Part shown: one piece after another, positions 1 through 10,200 of the stretch
Numbering within the stretch: the first letter of the stretch is position 1
Layout: each line of letters begins with the position of its first letter
DNA from: Chloroflexota bacterium
Lineage (GTDB): Bacteria; Chloroflexota; Limnocylindria; P2-11E
Length of the DNA: 39,894 nt
NCBI GenBank assembly: GCA_016875795.1
Contig: VGOU01000002.1
Span: 1 to 39,894 of the forward strand
Reading direction: 5' to 3'
Program-made: the position numbers and the translations under genes
The notes under the pieces: model-generated
Seen by the model: only the letters and a program-made list of their open reading frames with translations
What the model was told of the DNA's origin: nothing
Databases searched by the model: none

Positions 1-1026
1 GTGCCGGCCGCCTCGGTCGCGCCCGCGGCCGCCGCGACCCCCCAGCCCTCGCCGCCGCGGACGGCCGCCCCGCCCACACCGAGGCCCACCTTCCCGCGCG
101 GCATCTACGTCGTCCGGCCGGCGCTCGGTCGTCCCGGCGGCGAGCTCGAGGTGCTCGACGGCCTCCTGCCGCGAAAGGTCGACTTCAGGGGCATCGGCTA
201 CGACGTCTCCGACGATCTCGTGATCTCGGCCCCCGGGGAGGGCCTCGTCCTCCATCACGCCGACGGCCGCGACGAGCGGGCCGCCGTCCCCGGCCTGTAC
301 GCGCTCGGCCGGCCGTCGCTGTCGCCGGACGCGAAGCAGGTCGCCGTGCAGGCCACCGAGACGCGGCCCGTGCCGGGCGCGGACTCGCTCTTCACCATCT
401 ACGTGATCGAGATCGCCACCGGGAAGTGGCGCCGCGTCGCGCCCGTGCCACTCACAGCGGACGGGCAGAGCGAGCTGCCGTCCTGGTCCCCGAGCGGCGA
501 TCGCATCGGGCACTGGGGCACGCGCGACCAGTGCCTCGTCATCCGCGTCCGCGACGCCGCGAGCGGGAGCGAGGTGCTGACCATCGGCCGCGGCGGGACG
601 GCCGGCTGCTACCAGCCCGAGCGCGGGATCCTCGACGGGCCGCGCTTCCACGTCTCGATCAGCGGTGACTCCTCCCGGATCCTCATCCCGGGACAGCTCC
701 AGGTCTACGACGCCAAGAGCGGTGCGCTGCTCGCCGACGTGCACCAGCGGGCGCTCGACGCGCTCGCCGCCGCCGGCTACAAGCCGGACGCGCGCTACCC
801 GGGCCAGGCCGGGGCCGGCACGTTCCCGCTCGACGGCGCGCTGTCACCCGACAACAGGCAGATCGTGTTCGACGGTGCGGTCGAGCGGGCCGGGCAGTTC
901 GGTGTGCTGCTCTGCCGCATCGACGTGGACGGGACCGGGTTCACGGTGCTGCGCGGTCCCGTCCAGGTCGAGCCGAGGCACTCGAACTTCCACAACTTCT
1001 CACAGCTGCTGCCGCGCTGGCGCTGA
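1..1026 (+). CDS. TolB/PD40-like beta-propeller repeat protein (5' partial at window edge)
   Basis: The ORF is open from base 1 and stops at TGA 1024-1026. It has a Pro/Ala-rich N-terminal linker. PD40-like repeat motifs recur: SLSPDAKQVAV, SWSPSGDRIGHW, LSPDNRQIVFDG. Confidence 0.6.
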   Translation: MPAASVAPAAAATPQPSPPRTAAPPTPRPTFPRGIYVVRPALGRPGGELEVLDGLLPRKVDFRGIGYDVSDDLVISAPGEGLVLHHADGRDERAAVPGLYALGRPSLSPDAKQVAVQATETRPVPGADSLFTIYVIEIATGKWRRVAPVPLTADGQSELPSWSPSGDRIGHWGTRDQCLVIRVRDAASGSEVLTIGRGGTAGCYQPERGILDGPRFHVSISGDSSRILIPGQLQVYDAKSGALLADVHQRALDALAAAGYKPDARYPGQAGAGTFPLDGALSPDNRQIVFDGAVERAGQFGVLLCRIDVDGTGFTVLRGPVQVEPRHSNFHNFSQLLPRWR

Positions 1027-1029
1027 CGC

Positions 1030-1262
1030 TCAGACCCGCGACTCCTGCGGAGCGTCCTCGTGCTCGCGGACGTCCCCGCCGAGCCGGGACGCGCCGTAGG
1101 CCTCGCCGACGTGCTGGTGGTAGGGCACGCCGCTCCAGAAGTGGTGGCTCTTCGTCGGCAGGTCGGGCTCCGCCCACTTTTCTAGGGCGACACCCACGGG
1201 ATGCCCCGCGAAGAGCTCCTCGAGCCCGGCGATGATGAAGTTGCCGCCGAACGCAGCGGCGT
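1030..1262 (-). pseudogene. Start-less coding remnant of an unrecognised family
   Basis: The minus frame ending at TGA (1030-1032) reads ...[77 protein letters not shown]. Nearly every codon ends in G/C. The only in-frame start is GTG at 1197 (55 codons). Upstream, the frame runs into the dioxygenase 3' end in a different phase. Confidence 0.3.
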
Positions 1263-1285
1263 GCGCAGGCCCATCGGGACGGGGG

Positions 1286-2050
1286 CTAGTCGAACTCCAC
1301 GGAGCGCTTGGAGTTCGCCCGCCAGAAGCCCTCGATCGCCGTCCGCGACGCGGCGCCGCGGTCGAGGCTCGCGCCGACCGAGATGAAGAGCGGGACGAAG
1401 TGGTCGACGGTGGGGTGCGCGTACGCGGCCGCCGGCGACCTCGCCCGGTAGTCGATGAGCGTGTCGATGTCGCGCTTCGCGAGCGTCTCCGCGGCCCAGC
1501 GGTCGAACTCGACGAGCGCCGCGGGCTGCTGCGGGCCCGACATGACGCGGCGGATGGCGTCGAACGAGTGCGTCATGAAGCCGCTGCCCATGATGAGGAT
1601 GCCCTCGTCGCGCAGCGGCGCGAGGCGCTTGCCCATCTCGATGAGCGCGAGGGGGTCCTCGCTCGGCATCGAGACCTGGAGCACGGGGACGTCGGCCTTC
1701 GGGTACATGAAGAGGAGCGGCATGTACGCGCCGTGGTCGAGGCCGCGCTCGGGGTCCTCGTGCACCGGCGTGAGGTCGGCGAGGACCTTCTTCACGCGCT
1801 CGGCGACGTCGGGCGCGCCCGGAGCGGGGTACTGGAGCCGGTAGTAGCGCTCGGGGAACCCGTAGAAGTCGTAGACGAGCGGGACGGTGCGTGTCGCGCC
1901 GACGGTGACCGGCGCCGACTCCCAGTGCGCGGAGACGACGAGGATCGCCTTCGGCCTCGGCAGTCGCGCGGCCCACTCGGCGAGCTCCTTGGGCCAGACG
2001 TCGTCGTCCACGAGCGGCGGGGCGCCGTGCCCGAGGTACACGGCGGGCAT
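1286..2050 (-). CDS. Class III extradiol ring-cleavage dioxygenase (LigB family, 4,5-DOPA dioxygenase/YgiD-like)
   Basis: 254 aa from ATG at 2050. Sequence [13 protein letters not shown]...VVSAHWE...YDFYGFP...GLDHGAY...[10 protein letters not shown]...[11 protein letters not shown]... ends ...SKRSVEFD, typical of YgiD-like proteins. The 98 aa upstream in the tracked ORF are Arg-rich run-on. Confidence 0.8.
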   Translation of the reverse strand: MPAVYLGHGAPPLVDDDVWPKELAEWAARLPRPKAILVVSAHWESAPVTVGATRTVPLVYDFYGFPERYYRLQYPAPGAPDVAERVKKVLADLTPVHEDPERGLDHGAYMPLLFMYPKADVPVLQVSMPSEDPLALIEMGKRLAPLRDEGILIMGSGFMTHSFDAIRRVMSGPQQPAALVEFDRWAAETLAKRDIDTLIDYRARSPAAAYAHPTVDHFVPLFISVGASLDRGAASRTAIEGFWRANSKRSVEFD

Positions 2051-2164
2051 GCGCGCAGGGGTCTTCACGCCGGGGGTCACGTCCGGTCCAACGCCGTCGC
2101 CCGCGCGATCATTCCGGCTCACCGGTCCATAGTGTCGCCGATCACATCGAGATGGGGGACGACC

Positions 2165-2602
2165 ATGGCCCAGCGGAAGGTGGCGAGGAAGGCCACGAAG
2201 GCGAGCGGCGGGCTCACGCCGGAGGAGCGCGCCGCTCTGCGGGAGACGGTCCGCGAGCGTAAGGGCCCGAACGACGAGAGCGCGGTGCTCGCGGCGATCG
2301 CGAAGATGCCGCCCGCGGAGCGCGCCGTGGCGAAGCGGGTGCACGATCTCGTCAAGGCCGCCGCTCCGGGCCTGACGCCGAAGACCTGGTACGGGATGCC
2401 GGCGTACGCGAACACGGAGGGCAAGGTCGTCTGCTTCTTCCAGGACGCGAACAAGTTCAAGGCGCGCTACGCGACGCTCGGCTTCAGCGACACCGCGAGC
2501 CTCGACGACGGCGCGATGTGGCCGACGTCCTTCGCGCTCACGAAGCTGACCGCGGCCGAGGAGAAGCGCATCACCGACCTCGTGAGGAGAGCGGCGCGGT
2601 AG
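2165..2602 (+). CDS. DUF1801 (YdhG-like) domain protein
   Basis: 145 aa from ATG 2165. Sequence MAQRKVARK...[35 protein letters not shown]... matches the iron-chaperone-like DUF1801 pattern. The rest of the 456-aa tracked ORF is antisense to the dioxygenase. Confidence 0.7.
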   Translation: MAQRKVARKATKASGGLTPEERAALRETVRERKGPNDESAVLAAIAKMPPAERAVAKRVHDLVKAAAPGLTPKTWYGMPAYANTEGKVVCFFQDANKFKARYATLGFSDTASLDDGAMWPTSFALTKLTAAEEKRITDLVRRAAR

Positions 2603-2790
2603 CGGCCGCCCCGGGTCACCGCAGGATGACCCCGCGCGGAAGCGCCGTGCGGGTGACGCCGACGGGGCCTGATGCGACCGTCATCTCGGCCGTCCGCCGC
2701 GTGGCCGGATCGAGGACCGTGAACCGGCGGTCACGCCCCTCGCGAGGAGCGGGGCGACGGTGCCGGGCGGGGCGCGCCGGCGAGCTCCTG

Positions 2791-2818
2791 CCGCTCGCGA
2801 GCGCGCTCGCCGGAGCGG
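2791..2818 (-). terminator. GC-rich hairpin abutting the stop codon of the BrxA-like gene
   Basis: The sequence ccgctcgcgagcgcgctcgccggagcgg pairs ccgctc with gagcgg and gcgagc with gctcgc. It contains the perfect 14-bp palindrome gcgagcgcgctcgc. There is no U-tract. It lies between convergent genes. Confidence 0.35.
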
Positions 2819-3736
2819 TCAGTGGCCGTGCCTCCCTGGCACATGCGGACATCCGCCCGAAGAGACGCCGCCAGCGGCGTGCCTGCTCGCAGACACGCAA
2901 GCGCCAGGGTCGAAGAGAGCCGAGGGGACCGCGCTGCGGCTGCTGGCGAGGGAGGATTCGTGTGAGCGTCGTTCGGCGGATGCCTCGAGTTGGCGGAATG
3001 TCACTTCCGTCATGCCCGCCGCGGCGCGGTACGTGATCCACCCGAGGCGAGACGCCGCCCGCGCGAGCTCGCGCGCGTCGGTCTCCGGCACGTCGAGAAG
3101 GCGAGCGGGGAGCGTACGGAACAAGCCTGAGCCCGTCGCGTCGCACAAGTGACCCAGGTAGAGCGCGTATGCAGCCGCGGCCGGGGTCGAACGGGGATGG
3201 GCGCGCGTCTTCTTGCTGCGTCCACGCAGGTGCCCCGATTGTGTCCAGGAGCTCGCGACGTTCCGGCCGATCCGCGCGAGGACGTCCCTGGTGGACCGCC
3301 GCGGGAAGGCCCGACCCACCGCCTCCGAGAGCTCGGTGGCCGACACGGCCGAGCCGACGCCGGCCTCCAGGATGAGCTCAGCTGTCGCGCGCAGCAGCGG
3401 GTCGCGCGCGATGGCGCAGAGCAGCGCGACCAGAGGATGCGCTTCGACGTCGCTCGACCACATCCGTCGCAGGCTGGCGAAGACGGGCACGTCGCTCCGC
3501 AGCGCGTAGAGCTCGCGGAGGTGGCGCAGAGACTTCGCCCTCGTGGCGAGGGTCGATCTGCCGAGGACGTTCTCGGACACGACCGCCGCCGCGTAGTCCT
3601 CATACGTGGCATCGACCGGCGTGGCGCGGAGCAGAGTCTCCAGCTCGGCGAGCATGATCGCCCGGCTCGAGTGGGTGCCGGCGGGCTCATTGCTGAATCC
3701 CGCGGCGAGCGCGGAGGCGGGGACGTCCACGCGCAT
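2819..3736 (-). CDS. BrxA/DUF1819-like all-helical protein (orphan; no other BREX genes nearby)
   Basis: 305 aa. By-eye resemblance to BrxA: AVVSENVLGRSTLATRAKSLRHLRELY (BrxA-type ENxLxxxTxxxxKxxxxxxxxRL), HPLVALLCAIARDPLLRATAELIL, STRDVLARIGRNVASSWTQSGHLRGRSKKTR. The last ~55 aa are low-complexity with lower GC3, so the C-terminus is uncertain. Confidence 0.45.
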   Translation of the reverse strand: MRVDVPASALAAGFSNEPAGTHSSRAIMLAELETLLRATPVDATYEDYAAAVVSENVLGRSTLATRAKSLRHLRELYALRSDVPVFASLRRMWSSDVEAHPLVALLCAIARDPLLRATAELILEAGVGSAVSATELSEAVGRAFPRRSTRDVLARIGRNVASSWTQSGHLRGRSKKTRAHPRSTPAAAAYALYLGHLCDATGSGLFRTLPARLLDVPETDARELARAASRLGWITYRAAAGMTEVTFRQLEASAERRSHESSLASSRSAVPSALFDPGACVSASRHAAGGVSSGGCPHVPGRHGH

Positions 3737-3893
3737 CCGACGCCCGAGCGGCCGGCCCCGCGGCGGCTGACGGATCGCCGTCCGGGCCGGCCGCGAGCGC
3801 TCCGTCCTGACTCGTTCCCTTCCACTTCCCCTACCTGCGCGAGCCGGGTGCTCAGGATGATCGCGCAGCGCGGCGGTCGCGATCAGCCGCTCA

Positions 3894-3922
3894 CGTCCGG
3901 TCCTGTATCCAGGGACCGGACG
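3894..3922 (-). terminator. Perfect 10-bp-stem hairpin directly after the addA stop codon
   Basis: cgtccggtcc (3894-3903), a 9-nt loop, then ggaccggacg (3913-3922). The addA TAG is at 3923-3925. No U-tract follows (I-shaped terminator style). Confidence 0.4.
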
Positions 3923-6900
3923 CTAGGTTCCGGTCACCGCGCTCTTGCCGTCCGCGACGACGGCCGACCGTAGGGCCGCAAGTTCGCCTGCGAGATCCTC
4001 GATGCGATGCGTGACCCCGGCGGAAGCGAATACGAACTCGACCGCTCGCACCGGGATGTGGAGCGTCTCGGCCACCAGCCAGGCATACGCGGCGCCCTGC
4101 AGGCCGTAGGAGGCGGCGCGTTCGGGCACGTCGCTCGCGGTGATCTTGTCGGTCTTGTAGTCGACCACGACCGCGACGCCCGCATCCAGGTAGAGCAGGT
4201 CGATGAAACCCTCGAGGATCGCACCGTCGATCCGCGCTCCGACCGGGACCTCTCGCAGGTAGCGGCCAGAGGCGACCGCCCGCCGCACCGCTTCGCTCTC
4301 GCATGCAGACCGGACGAGGCGCTCGACCTCGTCCGCGCGCTCCGGGACCCCTTCGACCGCGGCCTGCACACGCGCGAGGCGCTCGACACCGTCGAGGCTG
4401 GCGAGATCGACCGCCTGGAGCACAGCGTGGACAGCACGGCCCAATGCAGTCGCGGCACGCCCGCGCGGGTAGCGCGGCTTTGCCTCTTCGTGGTCCCCGG
4501 ATACCTTCCCTCCCTCCTTCAGGCCGGTCGCGGTCAGAAGCCGCAAACCCGCAAGATCGTTGACCCTCTCTAGACGTGCGCGGGCCCATTCCTCTTCGCT
4601 CCGAGAATGAGCGCCAATGTCCTCGTGCGCGGTCCCGGCGATCTCGACCACGGGGGCCGGCAGGGGCTCGATCACCACCTTCCGCGCGAGTGCCAGCTTC
4701 TCGATCGTGGCCGCGAGCGCGACGGCTTGAGCGGTGGTTTCTCGCTCTTTCCGGTAGAGGCTGAGCACGAGATGGTCGCGTGCCCGTGTGGCGGCGACGT
4801 AGGAGAGGCGAAGGGTCTCCGCCTCGGCGAGCTGCCTCTCACGGCGTTCGAGCTCGGCGAAGTTCGCCGTCGTCCAGGTCCGCTCGTCGTCGTACCTGTT
4901 CTTGATGCCGACGGCGAGGGCATCGGCGACGCGGTCCGCCAGGACCATCGGAGGGCTGAACGCGCGGGTGGAACCCCATCCCGTGAGGATCACGACCGGG
5001 AACTCGAGGCCCTTCGAGCCGTGCACCGTCAGGACCCGCACCGCGTCCTCGTCCTCCTCCGCGAGCGCGGACGAGACGTCACGCCGCTGCTCGTTCTGCA
5101 GGCTCTCGATCCAGTCGACGAAGCCGCGCAGCGTCGGACTGCGGGCCACCGAGAACTTGCGGGCCCGATCGAGGACGTAGCGATAGCGCCGCCAGGACTC
5201 GCGCGGCCGGGCCTCGCCGAACGCGCCGGCCACGAGCATCCGCCGATCGAGCACCTTCTGGATGAGACCGGGAAGCGTCATCCGGTGCTTCGCCAAATGC
5301 AGCTCCCGGAGCACCGCGAGGGCACTCTGGATGCGTTCGACGGTCCCGTCTCCAGGGAACTCGAAGCTCCAGCGCCCTCCGCTCTCCACCCACTCGAGCA
5401 GCTCGACGTCGCTGATGCCGAACGCGACCGACCGGAGCGCGGCGATGAGCGCGACCTCGTCGGACGGATCGTCGATGGCGCGGAGACATGAGACGAGGTC
5501 GCGCACCTCCTGCGTTTGTACGATCAGCTCACCGCTCTCGATGCGATAGGGAACGTGCTCGCGATCGAACGCGCGCTCGAGCCGGCGGAGGTTCGTTCGC
5601 GAAGGGATGAGCACGGCGATGTCGCTGAATCGAGCCGGCCGCCGCTGACGCGCCGTCCCCTTGCCATCCGAGACCTCCCAGTCCTCGTCCACCGCGCGAC
5701 GGGCCGTGCGCGCGACGCCGACCGCCTCCGCTTCCCGCACCGCGGGCTGGTCCGCGTCCAGAGCGGCGCCGAACGTCCAGAGGCCCGTTGCGGTGTCGGC
5801 CGCTTCCGCGGCGAGCGGGATGTACGCGGGCTGCACGGCAAGCGCGTGCTGCATGTGCTGCGAGTAATGGGCGTTCACGAACTCGAGGATCCGCGGCACG
5901 GAGCGGAAGTTCTGGGTGAGCTCAAGAGAGCCACCCATCCTCGCCTCCACGGTCTGGTACAGGGCGATGTCCGCGCGGCGGAAGCGGTAGATGGACTGCT
6001 TCGGGTCGCCGACCACGCAGAGCTTCCCGGGCACGAGCGGAAGGGATCGCCAGTCGGTAGCGGTCGCGCCGACCTCGCTCGCGAGGTAGAAGGCGATCTC
6101 CGCCTGGAGCGGATCGGTGTCCTGGCACTCGTCGATGAAGACGCGCATCCAACGCTGCTGGGCGCGCCGGCGCACCTCGAGGTCATCACGGAGCAGGTCG
6201 CGGGCCCAGGTGAGCAGATCGTGGAACGTGGCGACGCCGCGACGCTTGCGATCGTCCGCGCTCTCGAGGACCGCGCGCCGCATCGAGCCGAGAAGCGACG
6301 TCAGGACGGCACGCTTGTGGGCCTCCAAGATGTCCCGCGCCCGCTGCTCGATATCCCGCAGGCCGCCCTTGAGCGTGCGGAGCGTCGCATCCGCTCCTGC
6401 GCCGTAGCGCTCCTTCCACTCCCCCATGTTGCCCGCGCTCTTACCTTCGATCCGCTCGACCAGGCGGGTCGCTTCGAGCGCCGGCTCCTCCGTCGACGCG
6501 GTCGCCAGTCGGTCCGCCACCACGCCGAGGCCGGTGAGAGTGCGTGCGATCGGCTCGGCAGACATCTCGGGAAGCAGCTCGCGTGTGAGTCGCTCGATCA
6601 TCCGCGCGATCGTCGCTGCGCCAGCGACCGCGTCCTCGGCTGCGGGGGCGGCGGGCCACGGCGGCGCCGGCGTCAGCAGGTCGTAGTGGTCGTGGAGACC
6701 GCGCATCAGCGTGGCCAGTTGGTCCGGAGCCAGACCGAGGAGCAGCGCGCGTCGCGCGACGTCGCGGTCCGGGCCCGAGCCGAGCGCATCGAAGTACGCC
6801 CGGAACTGCTCACCGAGCTCGGCGTCCTGCTGGATCTCATCGAGCATCTCGAAGTTGGGGGGCAGCCCGGCCTCGAGGGGGAATGTGCGCAAGAGCGATC

Positions 6901-7234
6901 CAGCGAACGCGTGAATGGTGTCGATGGCCGCTTCGTTGATCTCCCTCGCCGCCGCTGCGCACCGCTCGCGCGCCTCGGCGGACATGGGGCTGTCCACCGC
7001 CTCCTCGAGCCCTTCCCGGATGCGGGCGCGGAGCTCGGCGGCAGCCGCTTCGGTGAACGTGATCGCCACGATCTCGCGGGCGAGCAGCTTCTCCGCGGCG
7101 ACGAGCGCCACGACACGCGAGACGATCTCGCTCGTCTTGCCGGTACCAGCGCCGGCCTGGACGAAGAACGTCGTGTCGAGCTCGCTCCGGAGGCGCTCTC
7201 GCTGAGCTTGGTCGGCAAGCCCGGTGATCTTCAC
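3923..7234 (-). CDS. addA: AddA/RecB-type ATP-dependent helicase-nuclease (UvrD-like motor plus C-terminal PD-(D/E)XK nuclease)
   Basis: 1103 aa. Walker A is AGAGTGKT. Also present: ITFTEAAAAELRARI, DExQ box FIDECQDTDP, and motif VI YVAATRARDHL. The C-terminal nuclease motif is GFIDLLYLD...VVVDYKTD. The GTG start overlaps the addB stop (GTGA at 7231-7234). Confidence 0.85.
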   Translation of the reverse strand: MKITGLADQAQRERLRSELDTTFFVQAGAGTGKTSEIVSRVVALVAAEKLLAREIVAITFTEAAAAELRARIREGLEEAVDSPMSAEARERCAAAAREINEAAIDTIHAFAGSLLRTFPLEAGLPPNFEMLDEIQQDAELGEQFRAYFDALGSGPDRDVARRALLLGLAPDQLATLMRGLHDHYDLLTPAPPWPAAPAAEDAVAGAATIARMIERLTRELLPEMSAEPIARTLTGLGVVADRLATASTEEPALEATRLVERIEGKSAGNMGEWKERYGAGADATLRTLKGGLRDIEQRARDILEAHKRAVLTSLLGSMRRAVLESADDRKRRGVATFHDLLTWARDLLRDDLEVRRRAQQRWMRVFIDECQDTDPLQAEIAFYLASEVGATATDWRSLPLVPGKLCVVGDPKQSIYRFRRADIALYQTVEARMGGSLELTQNFRSVPRILEFVNAHYSQHMQHALAVQPAYIPLAAEAADTATGLWTFGAALDADQPAVREAEAVGVARTARRAVDEDWEVSDGKGTARQRRPARFSDIAVLIPSRTNLRRLERAFDREHVPYRIESGELIVQTQEVRDLVSCLRAIDDPSDEVALIAALRSVAFGISDVELLEWVESGGRWSFEFPGDGTVERIQSALAVLRELHLAKHRMTLPGLIQKVLDRRMLVAGAFGEARPRESWRRYRYVLDRARKFSVARSPTLRGFVDWIESLQNEQRRDVSSALAEEDEDAVRVLTVHGSKGLEFPVVILTGWGSTRAFSPPMVLADRVADALAVGIKNRYDDERTWTTANFAELERRERQLAEAETLRLSYVAATRARDHLVLSLYRKERETTAQAVALAATIEKLALARKVVIEPLPAPVVEIAGTAHEDIGAHSRSEEEWARARLERVNDLAGLRLLTATGLKEGGKVSGDHEEAKPRYPRGRAATALGRAVHAVLQAVDLASLDGVERLARVQAAVEGVPERADEVERLVRSACESEAVRRAVASGRYLREVPVGARIDGAILEGFIDLLYLDAGVAVVVDYKTDKITASDVPERAASYGLQGAAYAWLVAETLHIPVRAVEFVFASAGVTHRIEDLAGELAALRSAVVADGKSAVTGT

Positions 7235-10200
7235 GGCGCGACCTGCAGAGCGCGGTGGAGCCCCCTTGCCGGATCGGACGACTTCCGCGCGGCGAGCTGG
7301 TCTCGCGCCGAGGGGCAGATGCGGTCGTACTCGCAGTACACGCAGTTGTCCCAGCCGAAGACGCCGGGACGCATCGACTCCTCACCCGGCACCTGCGGGA
7401 ACGCCCCCGCGGCGACGCCGCGATGGATGATCTCGACGACCTCCGCCAGCCGCTGCTCGAGCTCGGGAGTGATCGCGACGTCCGTCATTTCGAACTTGTA
7501 GCGCGATACGACCTGCCAGTAGGCCGCCTCGACCAACGGCTCCGCTACGCCGAGAGCACGCAGCTGCTCCTTCACCACCCGCCCGTACACCGCGAGTTGC
7601 AGCTGAGTGCCCGCGACGAGAGGGTCCGCCTCGAGCGCCTTCCGGTCGACCCGCCCGGTCTTGTAGTCGAAGAGCCGGGCGCGCTCAGGGCGTTCCCGGT
7701 CGGGAGCCACGTCGACCCGGTCCAGCCTGCCCCGGAAACGCACCTCCGCTCCGCTTGGGGCGCTGATCGCGCCGGCGGGCCACTCCCCCGCGGGACCGAA
7801 GGCCTGCTCGAATCGCAGCGGGACCCAGCCCCCGCTCGCGCGCATCTCCTGGTCCTTCAGGAGGAGTGTGTGAAGGTCGCGAAGGATCGACGCCCTCTCG
7901 TTCTCCCAGGCGAGCGCGTACCCGGATCGTCCACGCGCTTCGATCAGCGCGAACTCTTCCGCCGCGATGCGGTCCAGCCGCGCGTGATCCTGCGGCGTAT
8001 ACGTCTCGTTCCGACCCGGTCGGCCACTCGTCGCGAGATCCTGGAAGAACCGCTGGAGGATCCGATGGATGAGGCTCCCCTTGACCGCTGGGATGATCGA
8101 CCAAGCTTCGTCATCCTCGGGCTGGGAGGTCTCTTCCACGAAGAGCACCCGGTCGAGGAAGTAGCGGAAAGGACACAGCGCCCACTGCTCGAGGGCCGAA
8201 GGCGAGACGGCCGTGCGCGTCAGACCCCCGCGCAGCCGGGCTGACGACGTGGCCACGGCCTCAACGTTCCCGTCGAACTCGGTCAGGGCGGGCGAGTTCC
8301 GAGCACGCTGAACGTGGATGATCCGACTGAGCGGAAGATCCACGCGACGAGCCACCGCGGCGTGCTCAAGCGAACCGCGCATCGACGCGGTGCGTGCCTC
8401 GGCCACGCGACGCTCCGCGAGCTCCAGGTGCACCGGCCCGTTCGCGAGTCCCTCGTCGGGTGATCGCACGCGGAAGAACGGGCCGTGCGAGGTCATGTTG
8501 CGCAGTTGCGCGGCGCTCACCCGCCGCCCCTCGAGATCGCTCGCGATCTCGAGCAGCCATGGCGCGGCGTACAGCGGTCGTAGCTCCGAGTCCCACGCCG
8601 GAGCACTGAGACGGAGAGTTCCTCCATCCGCCGCGGCCGAGGCCGCGGCAGCGCGGAAGGCGCTCCGCTCTTCGACGAGACGATCCGCTGAGACACCGGG
8701 CGGGTCGCCTTCAGGGAACACGGGATCGGGCGGTGCCTTCGATGGGAAAGCCCCCTCGGCCATGCCGACGATGTGCACGCGGTCGAAGGCCACTCCCCGA
8801 GCTGCGGCCACCTGGCCGATGACGACTCCGACGCCGATCTGCCCATTCGGCCGGCGCTGGCCTTCGAGGGCGGCCTCGAGGGCGCGTCGGAACACCGGAA
8901 GCTCGACCGTTCCATCGATGATCGCCGCGCCGCCGAGGCCGTCGATGACGTCATCGACAAGGTCCGCGGCCTGTCGCTCGTCGTCCTCGGCGTGCGGCGG
9001 GACGAAGCGCCGCCGAAGCGCTTTGGCCCACGCGACATATGCGGACCACGTCTGTTCGGTCGGAGGCCTCACGGCATCGGCGACCCCAGAAAGCTCAGAG
9101 GCGATGGCGGCCGCGGTCGCGGCCTCGCGCTGGCGGAAGCGTTGCTGCCCCTCGCTGATGCCGTCTTCCGAAGCCGCGAGACGGTGCTCCTCAGCGAGGC
9201 GCTCGAGGCGCTCCTTCCACTGCGCGGGTCCGCGTACGACCCGCGCACTTCGCGACAGTCGATTCCATTCGGCGAAGGAGGGCTCCGTGTAGCCAGCCGG
9301 CGGCAGCGTGCTCCGCCACTCAAGCACGGCGAGTCGTGCGAAGTCAGCATCGGCCAGAGCGAGCAGGCGCAGAAGTCCCTGCGCCACGAAGCTCTCGCTC
9401 AGCGGCCGCCCCTCGAGCGCGGCGAAAGGCAGGCCCGCAGACCGCAGGACCTCTGGGACGAGAACGGCATACGGCGCGCGCGAGCGCCAGAGCACTCCGA
9501 TCCGGTTGAGCGGGATGCCAGCATCGAGGTCGGCGAGGATGAGTCGGCACACCGCCCGGATCTCCTCGTCTGCGGTCGGTGCGACGATCACCTGCCGGAG
9601 TGCCGCAGGTACCTCCGAACTCGCGTGAGCCACGTCGCCGAGTCGGAGGTCGGAACAGATCAGCGTTCTCTCCTTGTCGGCGAGCGGGTCACCCGTATCG
9701 GCGATGGCCACCTCCACCGTCGCGAGCTCGCCGATAGCGCGGATGAGCCGCGCTGCGGTGAGCGGCAGCACCGTTGGCAGGTACACGAACACGTCCCCAA
9801 GATCGCGTGTCGAGAGGCCGCCAATGCGTATCTCATCCGTCGCCGCGTCGACGCCCGCGCGGTCGTCGTAGAAGAGGTGGGATCCTAGGAGCTCTTCGTA
9901 CTGCCGGTACGCGGCGAAGGAGGCTCTCGCCATCCGGCCTCGCGCCACCCACGAATCGAGGTCGGCACTGGAAACCTCGCGTTCCCTCAGCCTCCCGAAT
10001 AGCTCACGCAGCGTGTCAACGAGCGCGGGATGCTCGGCGACAGCGCCGAATCCTTCGCCGATCGCCCGGACCGAGCGGCGGATGAGAGCGTCCTCGGCGA
10101 CCGCAGTGAGAGGGCGCAGTCCCGACCGCGCGAGGCGGACCGAGCCGAGGCGCTCCGCCAACCGCGCGAGGATCTCGAAACGCACGTTCGCATAGCCCTC

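Noticed and set aside
3923-7234. The possibility that the UvrD-like helicase belongs to a known defence system such as Gabija (GajB), Hachiman or Nhi.
   Set aside because: At about 1100 aa it has a C-terminal RecB-type nuclease. It is paired by overlap with an approximately 1040-aa Fe-S nuclease partner. This is the AddAB/AdnAB architecture, not the partner sets of those systems.
5516-7501. Long plus-strand ORF (661 aa) opposite addA/addB. Similar large antisense ORFs are 1232-2164, 11858-13279, 13964-15124, 16639-17796, 17921-19273, 19301-21007, 25703-26977 and 32733-34058.
   Set aside because: These have Arg/Gly/Pro/Asp-rich, low-complexity translations with no motifs. They mirror well-supported genes on the other strand. 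Such stop-poor antisense frames are expected at this GC content.
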